Below, piece by piece: positions 41,952 to 53,600 of a DNA stretch of 64,000 nt. Within the stretch, counting starts at the first letter, position 1, and the number at the start of each line of letters is the position of its first letter. The translations under genes were made by a program, and so were the position numbers. The DNA comes from an uncultured Lachnospiraceae bacterium (GTDB lineage: Bacteria; Bacillota; Clostridia; Lachnospirales; Lachnospiraceae), in assembly GCA_910587765.1 (NCBI GenBank), contig CAJUNR010000021.1:14131-78130 (forward strand). The letters are read 5' to 3'. The notes beneath the pieces were generated by a model that was not told the DNA's origin, searched no databases, and saw nothing but the letters and a program-made list of their open reading frames with translations.

Positions 41952-42950
41952 ATGAAGAAACTGCTGATCATCAATACCGGAGGAACGTTTTCCTCCGTGG
42001 AAAGCGAAAGAGGTTTGAAGCCGGGGCTGAGCAGCCGGGAACTTCTGGAGGCCATGCGGCTGGTGGCGGGAGGGATCGAACTGGAGATGGAGGATCTGTT
42101 TCTGGTGGACAGCGCCAATATATTTCCGGATGACTGGCGCAGGCTGGCCGAAAGAATTCAGGAAGCGGCCGCCGGATATCAGGGGATCGTGGTGATTCAC
42201 GGCACCGACACCATGGCGTACACCGCTTCCATGCTGTCGTTTATGCTGCAGAATGTGCCGATCCCGGTGGTTCTCACCGGAAGCCAGCTTTCCATCAGCC
42301 ATCCGGTTGCGGACGCCATGGAGAACTGTCGCTGCGCGGTGCACATGGCGGCCGGCGGCCATGCGGGCGTCTTTCTGGCCTTCAACCGGAAGGTGATGCT
42401 GGGCGTTCGGGCCTCCAAGGTCCGGACCATGAGCTTTGACGCCTTTGAGAGCATCAACTATCCGGATGTGGCGCAGATCAGCTCTCTGGGACTTCGCATC
42501 CATACCGGATATCTTCCGGAAATCAGGGGGGATTTTCGGCTGTGTACAGAATACTCGGACCGGGTGTTTGTGCTGAAAATGTATCCGGGAATCCGGCCGG
42601 AACTCCTGTCCATGCTGGAGGAGCACGGGTATCGGGGCGTCTATATCGAAGCCTTTGGGCTGGGCGGGCTTCCGTTTCTGAAAAACGATTTTCTGGCGGC
42701 GGTGGAGCGGAGCGTGAAACGCGGGATGACGGTTCTGGTGGGAAGCCAGTGCAGATACGAGGGGAGCAGCCTTTCCGTGTATGAGACAGGGCTGCGGGCG
42801 CTGAACAGCGGCGTGCTGCAGGCGTACGATATGACGGCGGAGGCCGCGGTTACCAAGCTGATGTGGGTGCTGGGGCAGACAGATGACCGACACAAGATCG
42901 AGGAATATTTCTCCGAAAACCTGGTGCAGGAGGTACGGATCCCTGTGTAA
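41952..42950 (+). CDS. ansA: L-asparaginase (type I)
   Basis: INTGGT, HGTDTMAY and VLTGSQ motifs. Confidence 0.92.
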   Translation: MKKLLIINTGGTFSSVESERGLKPGLSSRELLEAMRLVAGGIELEMEDLFLVDSANIFPDDWRRLAERIQEAAAGYQGIVVIHGTDTMAYTASMLSFMLQNVPIPVVLTGSQLSISHPVADAMENCRCAVHMAAGGHAGVFLAFNRKVMLGVRASKVRTMSFDAFESINYPDVAQISSLGLRIHTGYLPEIRGDFRLCTEYSDRVFVLKMYPGIRPELLSMLEEHGYRGVYIEAFGLGGLPFLKNDFLAAVERSVKRGMTVLVGSQCRYEGSSLSVYETGLRALNSGVLQAYDMTAEAAVTKLMWVLGQTDDRHKIEEYFSENLVQEVRIPV

Positions 42951-42982
42951 AATCAGTTATACAGTATGATAAAATTTCATAC

Positions 42983-43030
42983 TTGACATTGGTACGAAAT
43001 CATACTATAATGCATGGTATGATTTCGTAC
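42983..43030 (+). promoter_or_regulatory. marR promoter with operator inverted repeat
   Basis: TTGACA-17-TATAAT overlapped by GTACGAAATCATAC/GTATGATTTCGTAC. Confidence 0.8.
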
Positions 43031-43046
43031 TATGTGGAGGTGCAGT

Positions 43047-43502
43047 ATGCGGGAACCGGTTTCTAAAGTAATGAAACGTTATAATTATCTTCTGGGGGAA
43101 CTGAATGCGGTCTATCATGAGATGTCGCTGAAGCTCGGCCTGTCGGACAGCGCCATGATCATTCTCTATACGATCTGCGATCAGGGGGAGCGCTGTCCTC
43201 TGCAGGATATCTGCCGGTATTCGGGTTTAAGTAAGCAGACGGTCAATTCCGCGCTCCGCAAACTGGAAGTGGAGGGGGTTCTCTATCTGGAAGCCGCCGG
43301 TTCCAGAAACAAAACGGTCTGTCTGACGGAGAAGGGCATGGGCCTGGCAGAACGGACGGTGAAGCGGATCATGCAGGCGGAGAATGAGATCTACACTTCC
43401 TGGCCGGAGCAGGATGTGGAAAAATATCTGGAGCTGACGGAGCATTTTCTGACGGCGCTTCAGGAAAAGGCCGGACAGATGAAAGCGGGGGATGAGATAT
43501 GA
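43047..43502 (+). CDS. MarR family regulator
   Basis: SKQTVNSALRKL and LTEKG wHTH motifs. Confidence 0.9.
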   Translation: MREPVSKVMKRYNYLLGELNAVYHEMSLKLGLSDSAMIILYTICDQGERCPLQDICRYSGLSKQTVNSALRKLEVEGVLYLEAAGSRNKTVCLTEKGMGLAERTVKRIMQAENEIYTSWPEQDVEKYLELTEHFLTALQEKAGQMKAGDEI

Positions 43503-44833
43503 ACATCCGCTTATCGGATCATTTTACGTACGGCCGCCTTCTGCGCTTCACCTTTCCGTCCGTCATCATGCTGGTGTTCACCTCGATCTACGGGGTGGTG
43601 GACGGATTTTTTGTGTCTAATTTTGCAGGGAAGACCCCTTTTGCGGCCGTAAATTTTATCATGCCCCTTCTGATGATCCTGGGCTGTGCGGGCTTTATGT
43701 TCGGAACCGGAGGCGGGGCGCTGATCGCGAAGACGCTGGGAGAAGGGAAGCGGGAAAAAGCCAATGAACTGTTTTCCCTGATTGTCTATACATCCATCAT
43801 CTGCGGTGTGGTGCTGGCAGTCTTCGGCTTTGTGTGCATCCGCCCAGTCGCCTCACTGATGGGCGCAGAGGGGAGACTTCTCCGTGACAGCGTCCGGTAT
43901 GGATGGATCGTGCTGCTGGCTCTGCCGTTTTATGTGCTGCAGTTTGAATTTCAGTGTCTGTTCGCCACGGCGGAAAAGCCGAAGCTGGGACTGTATGTGA
44001 CCGTGGCGTCCGGCGTCACCAACATCGTTCTTGATGCGCTGTTTGTGGCGGTATTTCACTGGGGGATGGAAGGTGCGGCGGCAGCCACGGCTTTCAGCCA
44101 GTTTGTAGGCGGCGTGGTTCCGCTCGTCTATTTTGGGCGGGACAACGGAAGTCTTCTGCGGCTTGTGAGGTTAAAGGGCCACCCGGATACAAGGGTACTG
44201 GTCCGTACCTGTACCAATGGCTCCTCTGAGCTTATGAGCAATATTTCCATGTCGCTGGTCAGCATGCTGTATAACATTCAGCTGATGAAATACGCCGGGG
44301 AGGACGGGATCGCCGCCTACGGAGTCCTGATGTATGTCAGCCTGATCTTTCAGGCGGTATTTATCGGATACTCCGTGGGAAGCGCTCCGGTGGTCGGCTA
44401 TCATTACGGCGCCGGGAATCACCAGGAGATGCACGGGCTTTTGAAGAAAAGCTGTCTGCTGGTCGGCGTATCCGCGGTTCTGATGTTTGCGGCCGGGCAG
44501 CTTCTGGCCGGGCCGCTGTCGTATCTGTTCGTGGGATATGATCCGGGTCTGACGGCGCTGACTGTCCGGGGGTTCCGGTTCTTTTCCTGTTCCTTTTTGT
44601 TTTCCGGTTTTGCGATTTTCGGATCGTCTTTCTTTACCGCCCTCGGTGACGGGCTTACTTCCGCACTGATCTCCTTTCTGCGGACGCTGGTCTTTGAGTG
44701 TGCGGCGGTTGTAATCTTTCCGATCCTTTGGGCCATCGACGGGATCTGGATGTCCATTGTGGCGGCGGAAGTTATGGCGGCGGCCGTGACGTTTTGGTTT
44801 CTGGCCGGAAAGAGGAAACGGTACGGATATTGA
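43499..44833 (+). CDS. MATE family efflux transporter
   Basis: About 12 TMs; IYGVVDGFFVS and NIVLDALF motifs. Confidence 0.92.
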   Translation: MNIRLSDHFTYGRLLRFTFPSVIMLVFTSIYGVVDGFFVSNFAGKTPFAAVNFIMPLLMILGCAGFMFGTGGGALIAKTLGEGKREKANELFSLIVYTSIICGVVLAVFGFVCIRPVASLMGAEGRLLRDSVRYGWIVLLALPFYVLQFEFQCLFATAEKPKLGLYVTVASGVTNIVLDALFVAVFHWGMEGAAAATAFSQFVGGVVPLVYFGRDNGSLLRLVRLKGHPDTRVLVRTCTNGSSELMSNISMSLVSMLYNIQLMKYAGEDGIAAYGVLMYVSLIFQAVFIGYSVGSAPVVGYHYGAGNHQEMHGLLKKSCLLVGVSAVLMFAAGQLLAGPLSYLFVGYDPGLTALTVRGFRFFSCSFLFSGFAIFGSSFFTALGDGLTSALISFLRTLVFECAAVVIFPILWAIDGIWMSIVAAEVMAAAVTFWFLAGKRKRYGY

Positions 44834-44861
44834 CGAAACGCCGGCTTCTGCCAGCGTTTCA

Positions 44862-45590
44862 TCAATCTTGTTTGATCTCCGGCGCGTTTCCGGTGCGGAA
44901 GGCCTCACAGAAGGCGTCCAGAGCAGAAGCGTCTTTTCTGGCTTCTTCCTGGAACCAGGAGAGAATCTGATCCCGGAAAATGATGCGGACAGCCATACCG
45001 TTGACCAGCCGGTCCAGATCTTCCATAGTCTGGTCGTCCGCTTTTTGAAGAAGCGTCCGTATGACGGCGTTGCTGCTGGAATTAATCCAGAAAGTCCGGG
45101 GGCGTGCATCCGGTTCCGCGCGGAGCAGATACACATAGTTGATGACGTCCCGCGGGCAGTAGATGTCCGCGCTGCCGAAGCAGTATCCGTCGTACCATTC
45201 TTTGATCAGTCCGTATTTGTCTTCCAGACCGTAATATTCCAGCATCGTCTTGACCTCGTCATCGGAAAAGCCGAAATATTCTCCGAATCGGCTGCTGGTG
45301 ATGGACATGACATTAAAGTTATTCAGTCCGGTCATTTCCTCATAGTATCCATACTGCTGCGCCTTATCCAGAGGGACGTCATATTCGTCAATGAAAAGGA
45401 TTACCTTTTGCCCGTAATATTTGCAGAGAAGGTAAGACGGCGTGTGCAGACTGTTTTTTGTCGTCCTCGGAAAGCTGCCCGCTGTCCAGAAGAAAACGGA
45501 ATCGCAGCGCTTCTTTGCCGATGGCCAGGCTCAGTCCGGCGGCTGCGCCTTCGTAATCCGTGGAGGACACTTCCTTCAGGGTGAGGGAGA
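44862..45590 (-). pseudogene. Fragmented AAA-ATPase-like / PD-(D/E)XK family remnant
   Basis: KVILFIDEYDVPL, TGLNN, YFGF, WYDGYCFG and FWINSSSN pieces with frameshifts and deletions. Confidence 0.8.
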
Positions 45591-45720
45591 CTTAATTATA
45601 TAGGGAGCAGTATGTCGGTTCAAGCCTTTTCGGGATCAAAAGTTCATATTGCTTTTATAAAAATTATTTTGCACGCTGCTGGAAGAAAGGAACAGAGAAA
45701 CGGCCCGCGGGCGGCAGAGA

Positions 45721-46086
45721 TCAGCATCCTCCCGGACAGGCGATTTCAAGCAGTTCCTCGATCATATGATGCAGGAGCGCCGCCTGTTCGGTGCCGGCTG
45801 CCTTATAATAGACTTCTTTTCCGTCTCTGCGGCTTACGATCAGTCTGCCGGCTTTCAGTACTTTCAAATGATGGGATACCGCCGGACTGCTCATATTCAT
45901 CATGGCGGAGATATTGATGACGCATTCTTCGCAGTGGCACAGGATCCAGAAGATGCGCAGCCGGCTGGTGTCGCCGAGCAGCCGGAAGAGATCGGACAGG
46001 GTCTGAAAATCTTCCGTTTTCGGGATACATTCCATCTGTTTCTCAAGAAAGGCCCCATGGTCGTGGGGCAGTGTGATCTTATCCAA
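45721..46086 (-). CDS. ArsR/SmtB metal-responsive repressor
   Basis: GDTSRLRI, AVSHHLKVL and RRDGKEVYY motifs. Confidence 0.9.
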   Translation of the reverse strand: MDKITLPHDHGAFLEKQMECIPKTEDFQTLSDLFRLLGDTSRLRIFWILCHCEECVINISAMMNMSSPAVSHHLKVLKAGRLIVSRRDGKEVYYKAAGTEQAALLHHMIEELLEIACPGGC

Positions 46087-46379
46087 GCAGGATCAGCTCC
46101 TTTCTGAAGTTACTCTATTCTTTCTTAATTCATTTTGTTGCTTTTCATATTCGCGCCGGTTTACAGCCCGCATCGGGTGTCCGGGTGGCGTAAGTATGAA
46201 AAGGAACTGGTTTTTATCAGCGGCAGCGCCGCGGACAGGCGGTATGCGCTGTGCGGCGAATGACTCAGGAAAATGCGGATGGAATCATCGCTTCCTTAGT
46301 ATAGCACAAAAAGACGGTCCGCACAATTTTTTAAAAAAGAGTTGCATTTTTCTGTGATATGTGTATAATATAATTAAAC

Positions 46380-46399
46380 AATTAAATATATATTTAATT
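46380..46399. promoter_or_regulatory. Palindromic operator (ArsR-type) upstream of the metal efflux operon
   Basis: AATTAAATATATATTTAATT downstream of TATAAT (46364). Confidence 0.6.
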
Positions 46400-46418
46400 A
46401 TAAAAGGAGAACAGAAAC

Positions 46419-46637
46419 ATGAAAAAGACGTATAAGATTGAAGTGGACTGTGCCAACTGTGCCAACAAGATGGAAGACGCCGCCAGAAAGACGGCCGGCG
46501 TCAAAAACGCAACGGTGAACTTTATGACGCTGAAGATGAGCGTGGAGTTTGAGGAGGGACAGGATCCGAAGGCGGTGATGCAGGAAGTACGCAGGAATTG
46601 CAAAAAAGTAGAAGACGACTGCGAGATCTTTCTTTAA
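46419..46637 (+). CDS. Heavy-metal-associated (HMA) domain protein
   Basis: VDCANCA motif. Confidence 0.9.
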   Translation: MKKTYKIEVDCANCANKMEDAARKTAGVKNATVNFMTLKMSVEFEEGQDPKAVMQEVRRNCKKVEDDCEIFL

Positions 46638-46694
46638 TCCGGCGGATCGGCGGCAGGTTGATGCCGGACAGGGGCCGGGAAAGGAGCGGGGTTT

Positions 46695-48578
46695 ATGAAT
46701 AAAAAACACAAAAAAATGCTGACCCGGATTCTTCTGGCGGCGGCGTTGATGATCGTTATGAATTTTCTTCCGGTAAAAGGGATGGTGCGGTTTGTCCTCT
46801 ATCTGGTTCCGTATCTGATCATCGGATATGACATTCTGATTAAGGCGGGGAAAGGGATCCGCAACCGGCAGGTGTTTGACGAAAACTTTCTGATGGCGGC
46901 GGCGACGGTCGGCGCTATGGCGTTGGCGGTGTATGAGGACGGGGATTACACCGAGGCGATCGCCGTCATGCTGTTCTATCAGGTCGGAGAATGGTTCCAG
47001 AGCTATGCAGTGGGCAAAAGCCGCCGGAACATCAGCGAACTGATGGATATCCGCCCGGATTATGCCAATGTGGAGCAGGACGGGGCGCTTGTGCAGGTGG
47101 ACCCGGACGAGGTGGAAATCGGATCCGTGATTGTGGTGCAGCCCGGAGAGAAGGTTCCCATTGACGGAATCGTCGTTGAGGGCAGTTCCAGTCTGAATAC
47201 CAGCGCTCTGACCGGGGAGAGTGTTCCGCGCAGTACGGGAGAAGGGGAAGAGGTGATCAGCGGTTGTATCAATCTGAACGGCGTGCTGAAGATCCGGACC
47301 ACGCGGGAGTTCGGGGAGTCCACCGTATCGAAGATTCTCGATCTGGTGGAAAATGCCAGCTCCAGAAAGTCAAAGTCCGAGGACTTTATCTCGAGATTCG
47401 CGAGAGTTTATACCCCTCTGGTCTGCTACAGCGCGCTTGCCCTTGCGCTTCTGCCGCCTTTGGTGCGGATGTCCCTTCTGGGACTTCCGGCGGATTTTGG
47501 AGACTGGATTTACCGGGCGCTGACGTTCCTCGTAATCAGTTGTCCGTGCGCGCTGGTGGTCAGTATTCCTTTGAGCTTTTTTGCCGGGATCGGGGGAGCC
47601 AGTAACGCGGGCGTGCTGGTGAAAGGTTCCAATTATCTGGAGACGCTGTCGCAGGCGGACTGTGTCGTATTTGACAAGACCGGTACCTTGACGCAGGGAG
47701 TCTTCGAGGTGAACGCGGTTCACCACAATCAGATGGAACAGGAACGGCTTCTGGAGTATGCCGCACTCGCGGAGAGCGCGTCGTCCCATCCGATCAGCAA
47801 AAGCCTGCAGAAGGCTTACGGAAAGCCGATAGAGCGGTCCAGAGTAAGCGACATTCAGGAGATCAGCGGCAACGGAGTTACGGCGCTGGTGGACGGCGTT
47901 TCCGTGGGGGCCGGCAATGCAAAGCTGATGAAGCGCCTGCAGGTGGAGTATAAGGAGTGCCATCACACCGGGACGATCGTTCATATGGCTGTCGATGGCG
48001 TATATGCCGGACATATTGTGATTTCCGATGTGATCAAACCCCGCGCAAAGGAGGCCGTGGCCGCCTTAAAATCCGCAGGCGTGGGCCGGACCGTCATGCT
48101 GACCGGCGACGTGGACCGCGTCGCGAAACAGGTGGCGGCGGAGCTGGGAATCGACGAAGTCTACAGTGAACTTCTTCCGGAAGGGAAGGTAGAGAAAGTA
48201 GAAGAGCTGCTGGAACAGAAACGGGGAAGAGGAAAGCTGGCATTCGTGGGGGACGGTATCAATGACGCGCCGGTCCTGTCCCGGGCTGACATCGGCGTCG
48301 CCATGGGAGCCATGGGTTCGGATGCGGCCATCGAGGCGGCGGATGTCGTCCTGATGGACGACGATCCCCTCAAAATTGCCAAGGCCATCCGGATCTCGCG
48401 GAAATGCCTGCGGATTGTTCATGAAAATATCTGGTTTGCGATCGGCATCAAGGCGGCCTGCCTGCTGCTCGGCGCACTCGGTATCGCCAATATGTGGCTG
48501 GCGGTATTCGCGGACGTGGGCGTTATGGTTCTGGCGGTGCTGAATGCGGTCCGGGCACTGTTTGTGAAAAAACTGTAG
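46695..48578 (+). CDS. cadA: Cd/Zn-type P1B heavy-metal ATPase
   Basis: TGES, SCPC, DKTGTLT and GDGINDAP motifs. Confidence 0.92.
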   Translation: MNKKHKKMLTRILLAAALMIVMNFLPVKGMVRFVLYLVPYLIIGYDILIKAGKGIRNRQVFDENFLMAAATVGAMALAVYEDGDYTEAIAVMLFYQVGEWFQSYAVGKSRRNISELMDIRPDYANVEQDGALVQVDPDEVEIGSVIVVQPGEKVPIDGIVVEGSSSLNTSALTGESVPRSTGEGEEVISGCINLNGVLKIRTTREFGESTVSKILDLVENASSRKSKSEDFISRFARVYTPLVCYSALALALLPPLVRMSLLGLPADFGDWIYRALTFLVISCPCALVVSIPLSFFAGIGGASNAGVLVKGSNYLETLSQADCVVFDKTGTLTQGVFEVNAVHHNQMEQERLLEYAALAESASSHPISKSLQKAYGKPIERSRVSDIQEISGNGVTALVDGVSVGAGNAKLMKRLQVEYKECHHTGTIVHMAVDGVYAGHIVISDVIKPRAKEAVAALKSAGVGRTVMLTGDVDRVAKQVAAELGIDEVYSELLPEGKVEKVEELLEQKRGRGKLAFVGDGINDAPVLSRADIGVAMGAMGSDAAIEAADVVLMDDDPLKIAKAIRISRKCLRIVHENIWFAIGIKAACLLLGALGIANMWLAVFADVGVMVLAVLNAVRALFVKKL

Positions 48579-48597
48579 AGCTCTCCGGACGCAGGGT

Positions 48598-50124
48598 TCA
48601 GAACCGCCTGCGCCCTCTGCCGCGTCGCCGGCTTCGGTAGTGCCGCCGGCTGGGGCTTCCGAACGCGTTCTTCCGGTCGCGCCAGTTCTGCCAGCGCCTG
48701 ACGGGATTGAGTTCGATCTCAAAATCCCTGGCCAGTTTCCGAATGATCAAAATGACGATCAGGAGCAGCAGCAGGGAACCGGCGACGATTCCTACAAGCC
48801 GGAGGTTGATCTTCACCAGATTGATCTCCGGCTTTTCTGCCGTGTCCGCTGATTCCTCCGCAATGGGTTCGCCGGCCTCTACGGACCTTTGAAAATTAAA
48901 CTCCTGGATGCCGCTGTCGGCCAGATACAGGCTGGTGGAGCCCACAGGCTGTCCGGAATAGGTATAACTGAGAGAAGCGATCACTCCGGAATCGTCCGAA
49001 TCCTGAAATTCCAGTTGAGGCGACGCGTCGGCAAATTCCGCGTTTACCGGCAGGATGAGACAGTCGTTCTGACCAAGTTCGATCATGGGGTTGGAAGAGC
49101 CGAAGATCGAACTGCCGGTATCGAAAAGCTCTCCCTGTCCGATGGTGAAATTTGTCTCATTTTCCGCGATGTTGACCCGGTGGAAATTTTCACTGGCATA
49201 ATCCAGCAGATTTGCCGTATCGGTGTACAGAGGAACCCCCTGTTCGCCGGTGGATTTTGTCTTCATGGTCACGACGATCAGATCCATGCCGTTCCTGGTC
49301 GCGCAGGTGACAAGGGTGTTGAGGGCAATCGTAGTGTATCCGTTCTTTCCGCAGAATACCGTGTCGTCGAGGAACTTTGGAGTCTTATGTCCGGAAATCA
49401 TGAGATGATGATTGTTCATAAGCAGTTCCTGATCTTTTTTGTTGGTGGCGCGCAGCGTATAGCGGGGGGTGCCGCCGATCTGCCGGAACTTTTCATGCCG
49501 GATTGCTTCCTGGGTGATAAGCGCCATGTCGCGGGCGGAGGTATAGTGTTCCGGATCAGGGAGTCCGTGCGGGTTGACAAAGTGGGTGTTGGTGCATCCA
49601 AGTTCCGCGGCTTTCTGGTTCATCAGGTCGGCAAAAGCCTCTACCGAACCGGAGACGTGTTCGGCGACGGCATTGGAACATTCGTTGGCGGATTCCAGGA
49701 GAATCGCGTAGAGACATTCCTCGACCGTCAGAATCTCGCCCTCGTCTCGGGCAATGTGGCTGCTGTCGTACTCAATCGAATATACCGCATTGTGGGAGAA
49801 CGTCACTTCTTCATTCAGATCGAGATGTTCCAGAGCCAGAAGGACGGTCATAATCTTGGTGATACTGGCAGGCTCCATCCGCTGGTCAATATTTTTACTG
49901 TATAAAATGGCGCCGGTGGAAGCTTCCATGACGACGGCGGATTCCGCGTAGACCTGAGGGCCGGCCGGCCAGTTCTCCCAGGAGTCCGACTGGATTTCCA
50001 TATTATAGCGAATTTCAGGGGTGATCTCGGGGTTTTCGGCGGCGAAGACGGGAGAAGAAAAGACCGTGGAAAGACACAGTACCGATACCAGTACTGTATT
50101 TTTAAAGTTCTTTGTAAAATTCAT
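48598..50124 (-). CDS. D-Ala-D-Ala carboxypeptidase (peptidase S11)
   Basis: PASITK, SAN, NPHGL and KNG motifs; signal peptide and C-terminal TM. Confidence 0.9.
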   Translation of the reverse strand: MNFTKNFKNTVLVSVLCLSTVFSSPVFAAENPEITPEIRYNMEIQSDSWENWPAGPQVYAESAVVMEASTGAILYSKNIDQRMEPASITKIMTVLLALEHLDLNEEVTFSHNAVYSIEYDSSHIARDEGEILTVEECLYAILLESANECSNAVAEHVSGSVEAFADLMNQKAAELGCTNTHFVNPHGLPDPEHYTSARDMALITQEAIRHEKFRQIGGTPRYTLRATNKKDQELLMNNHHLMISGHKTPKFLDDTVFCGKNGYTTIALNTLVTCATRNGMDLIVVTMKTKSTGEQGVPLYTDTANLLDYASENFHRVNIAENETNFTIGQGELFDTGSSIFGSSNPMIELGQNDCLILPVNAEFADASPQLEFQDSDDSGVIASLSYTYSGQPVGSTSLYLADSGIQEFNFQRSVEAGEPIAEESADTAEKPEINLVKINLRLVGIVAGSLLLLLIVILIIRKLARDFEIELNPVRRWQNWRDRKNAFGSPSRRHYRSRRRGRGRRRF

Positions 50125-50344
50125 TTTTACCTCTATTCTATGGATGCGGGCCGGGAGCCGCCCGGCGCCGCGTCTCTTTGTGTTGAAATAATGTCGGCTG
50201 TTTTCAGGTAAAATTATAGTTTATTTAGGAAAACCGTGCAAGGCTAAAGAAAAAAATTTAGAAACTGTTCATAAACCGCGGCGCCCTTGCGGATAAAAAA
50301 CTTGACAAACCGTGGATTTTCACTTTATAATTGCTTCTGTAAAA

Positions 50345-50583
50345 AAGCAAAGACGAAGACAGTAGGATCCAATGGAAAATAACAGCGAGCCGGGGAGGGT
50401 GTGAGTCCGGTAGGAGTACATGGTTCTGAATATCACTTCCGAGCTGCGGGCTGAAAACGTGTGCGAGTAGGTGCTGACGTAATCCCTACGTTACAGGGGG
50501 CGCATATGCCGGTATGTTGTAAGAGGTGGTTGATCTAAGAGCGTTTCTTTCGGCTCCGTCCTGTTACAGGACGGAGTTTTTTT
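50345..50583 (+). ncRNA. Ile T-box leader with non-canonical antiterminator
   Basis: AGTA, AGCGAG, GGTGTGAG, specifier ATC (50432), CGTTA box, and terminator CTCCGTCCTGT/ACAGGACGGAG plus T7. Confidence 0.85.
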
Positions 50584-50646
50584 AAGCGCGTGCGCCAGAG
50601 GACTGTCGGCGGCGGATGCAGAACGATCATTGAGGAGGTAGAGAAC

Positions 50647-53600
50647 ATGTATAACAAAGTCAATACGGACATGAACTTTGTGGAACGTGAGAGAGAAGTA
50701 GAAAAGTTCTGGAAAGAAAACGACACGTTCCGGAAAAGCATGGAACGCAGAAAAGACGGTCCGACTTATACGTTTTATGACGGTCCGCCGACTGCGAACG
50801 GAAAGCCGCACATCGGACATGTGCTGACACGTGTCATCAAGGACATGATCCCCAGATACCGGACGATGAAAGGGTATATGGTGCCGAGGAAGGCGGGCTG
50901 GGATACCCACGGGCTTCCGGTGGAGCTGGAGGTGGAGAAGCTTCTGGGGCTGGACGGCAAGGAGCAGATCGAAGAATACGGGCTGGATCCTTTTATCTCC
51001 AAGTGCAAGGAGAGCGTCTGGAAGTACAAGGGCATGTGGGAGGACTTCTCCGGCACGGTCGGCTTCTGGGCGGATATGGATGATCCCTATGTGACCTATC
51101 ATGATGATTTCATCGAATCGGAATGGTGGGCATTGAAGACCATCTGGGAAAAGGGACTTTTATATAAGGGCTTTAAGATCGTGCCCTACTGCCCCCGCTG
51201 CGGGACTCCTCTGTCCTCCCATGAGGTGGCGCAGGGATACAAGGATGTAAAAGAACGCTCCGCGGTGGTGCGTTTTAAGGTAAAAGGTGAGGATGCTTTT
51301 ATTCTGGCCTGGACCACGACGCCGTGGACGCTGCCGTCCAACGTGGCGCTGTGCGTGAATCCGGCGGAGAGCTATGCGAAAGTGAAGGCGGCGGACGGGC
51401 ACGTCTATTATATGGCGGAAGCGCTTCTGGATACGGTACTTGGCGGAACGGGCGCGGAGGAGACGCCGGCATATGAGGTGCTGGAGCGTTATACCGGCAA
51501 AGATCTGGAATATAAGGAATATGAACCGCTTTTTGACTGTTCGGCCAGAGTGGCGGAGAAACAGCGCAAAAAAGGATATTATGTCACCTGCGACTCCTAC
51601 GTTACGCTGACGGACGGTACCGGCGTCGTGCATATCGCGCCGGCGTTCGGTGAAGACGACGCCAATGTGGGCAGAAAATACGACCTTCCGTTCGTACAGC
51701 TCGTGGACGGGAAAGGAAATATGACGGAGGATACGCCGTTTGCGGGACTGTTTGTGAAGAAGGCGGATCCGGAGGTGTTAAAAGATCTGGACGCGAGAGG
51801 ACTGCTCTTTGACGCGCCCAAATTTGAACACAGCTATCCCCACTGCTGGAGGTGCGGCACGCCGCTGATTTATTATGCGAGAGAGTCCTGGTTTATCAAG
51901 ATGACGGCGGTCAGAGACGATTTGATCCGCAACAACAACACGATCAACTGGATTCCGGAGAGCATCGGAAAAGGACGTTTCGGAGACTGGCTGGAAAACA
52001 TTCAGGACTGGGGGATCAGCCGCAACCGTTACTGGGGTACGCCGCTGAACGTGTGGGAGTGTGAAGGCTGCGGCCATATGGAGAGCATCGGTTCCAGAGA
52101 AGAATTAAGGAAGATGAGCGGCAATGAGGCGGCTCTGACCGTGGAGCTGCACCGTCCTTATATCGACGAGATCACCTGTACCTGTCCCAAATGCCAGGGA
52201 ACCATGAGGCGGGTGCCGGAGGTGATCGACTGCTGGTTTGACTCGGGCGCGATGCCGTTCGCGCAGCATCATTATCCGTTTGAAAATAAAGAACTGTTCG
52301 AGAGTCAGTTCCCGGCGCAGTTCATCTCCGAGGCGGTGGATCAGACGAGAGGGTGGTTCTATTCCCTGCTGGCGGAATCGACCCTGTTATTTAATCAGTC
52401 GCCCTATGAGAACGTCATCGTTCTGGGGCATGTGCAGGACGAAAACGGTCAGAAGATGAGCAAATCCAAGGGCAATGCGGTGGATCCCTTTGATGCGCTG
52501 AAAACCTACGGCGCGGACGCAATCCGCTGGTATTTCTATATTAACAGCGCGCCCTGGCTGCCCAACCGGTTCCACGGCAAGGCGGTGCAGGAGGGGCAGC
52601 GCAAATTCATGGGGACGCTGTGGAACACGTATGCGTTCTTTGTACTGTATGCGAACATTGACGAGTTTGACGCCTCGAAATATACGCTGGACTATGCGTC
52701 CCTTTCCATTATGGATAAGTGGCTGCTGTCCAAGCTGAATACGGTTGTGGGCGAGGTGGACGACCATCTGGATCACTACCGGATTCCGGAAGCGGCAAGA
52801 GCGCTTCAGGAGTTCGTGGACGAGATGAGCAACTGGTATGTCAGAAGGAGCCGGGAGCGCTTCTGGGCCAAAGGGATGGAGCAGGATAAGATCAATGCGT
52901 ATATGACGCTCTATACGGCTCTTGTGACCATTTCCAAAGCGGCGGCGCCCTTGATCCCGTTCATGACGGAGGATATCTACCGGAATCTGGTCTGCAGTGT
53001 TGACAAAGCGGCTCCGGAGAGTGTTCATCTGTGCGATTTCCCGGAGGTTCACGAGGAAATGATCGACAGGGAACTGGAAGCGGCCATGGAGGAGATTCTG
53101 GACATTGTCGTCCTGGGGCGCGCGGCCCGCAATACGGCCGGCATCAAGAACCGTCAGCCCATTGGGACCATGTATGTCCATGCGGAGCATGAGTTGGAGG
53201 CGGTGTATCAGAACATCATTGCGGACGAGCTGAATGTGAAAGAGATTCTTTTCAAGGAAGATTTAAGCGCTTTCACCAGCTACACGTTCAAGCCCCAGCT
53301 CAAGACGGTAGGACCGAAATACGGGAAGCTTCTGAATGGGATCCGTGCGCATCTGGCAAAGATCGACGGAAGGAAGGCCATGGAGGAGCTGGATACGTCC
53401 GGCAGCCTGTCATTTGACATCGACGGGCAGAGCGTGGTATTATTAAAAGACGATCTGCTCATTGATATGGCTCAGATGGAGGGTTATGTGACGGAGGCGG
53501 ACAGCCGGGTAACGGTGGTCCTCTGTACGAATCTGAGTGAGGAGTTGGTAGAGGAAGGCTTTGTCCGCGAGATCATCAGCAAGATCCAGACGATGCGGAA

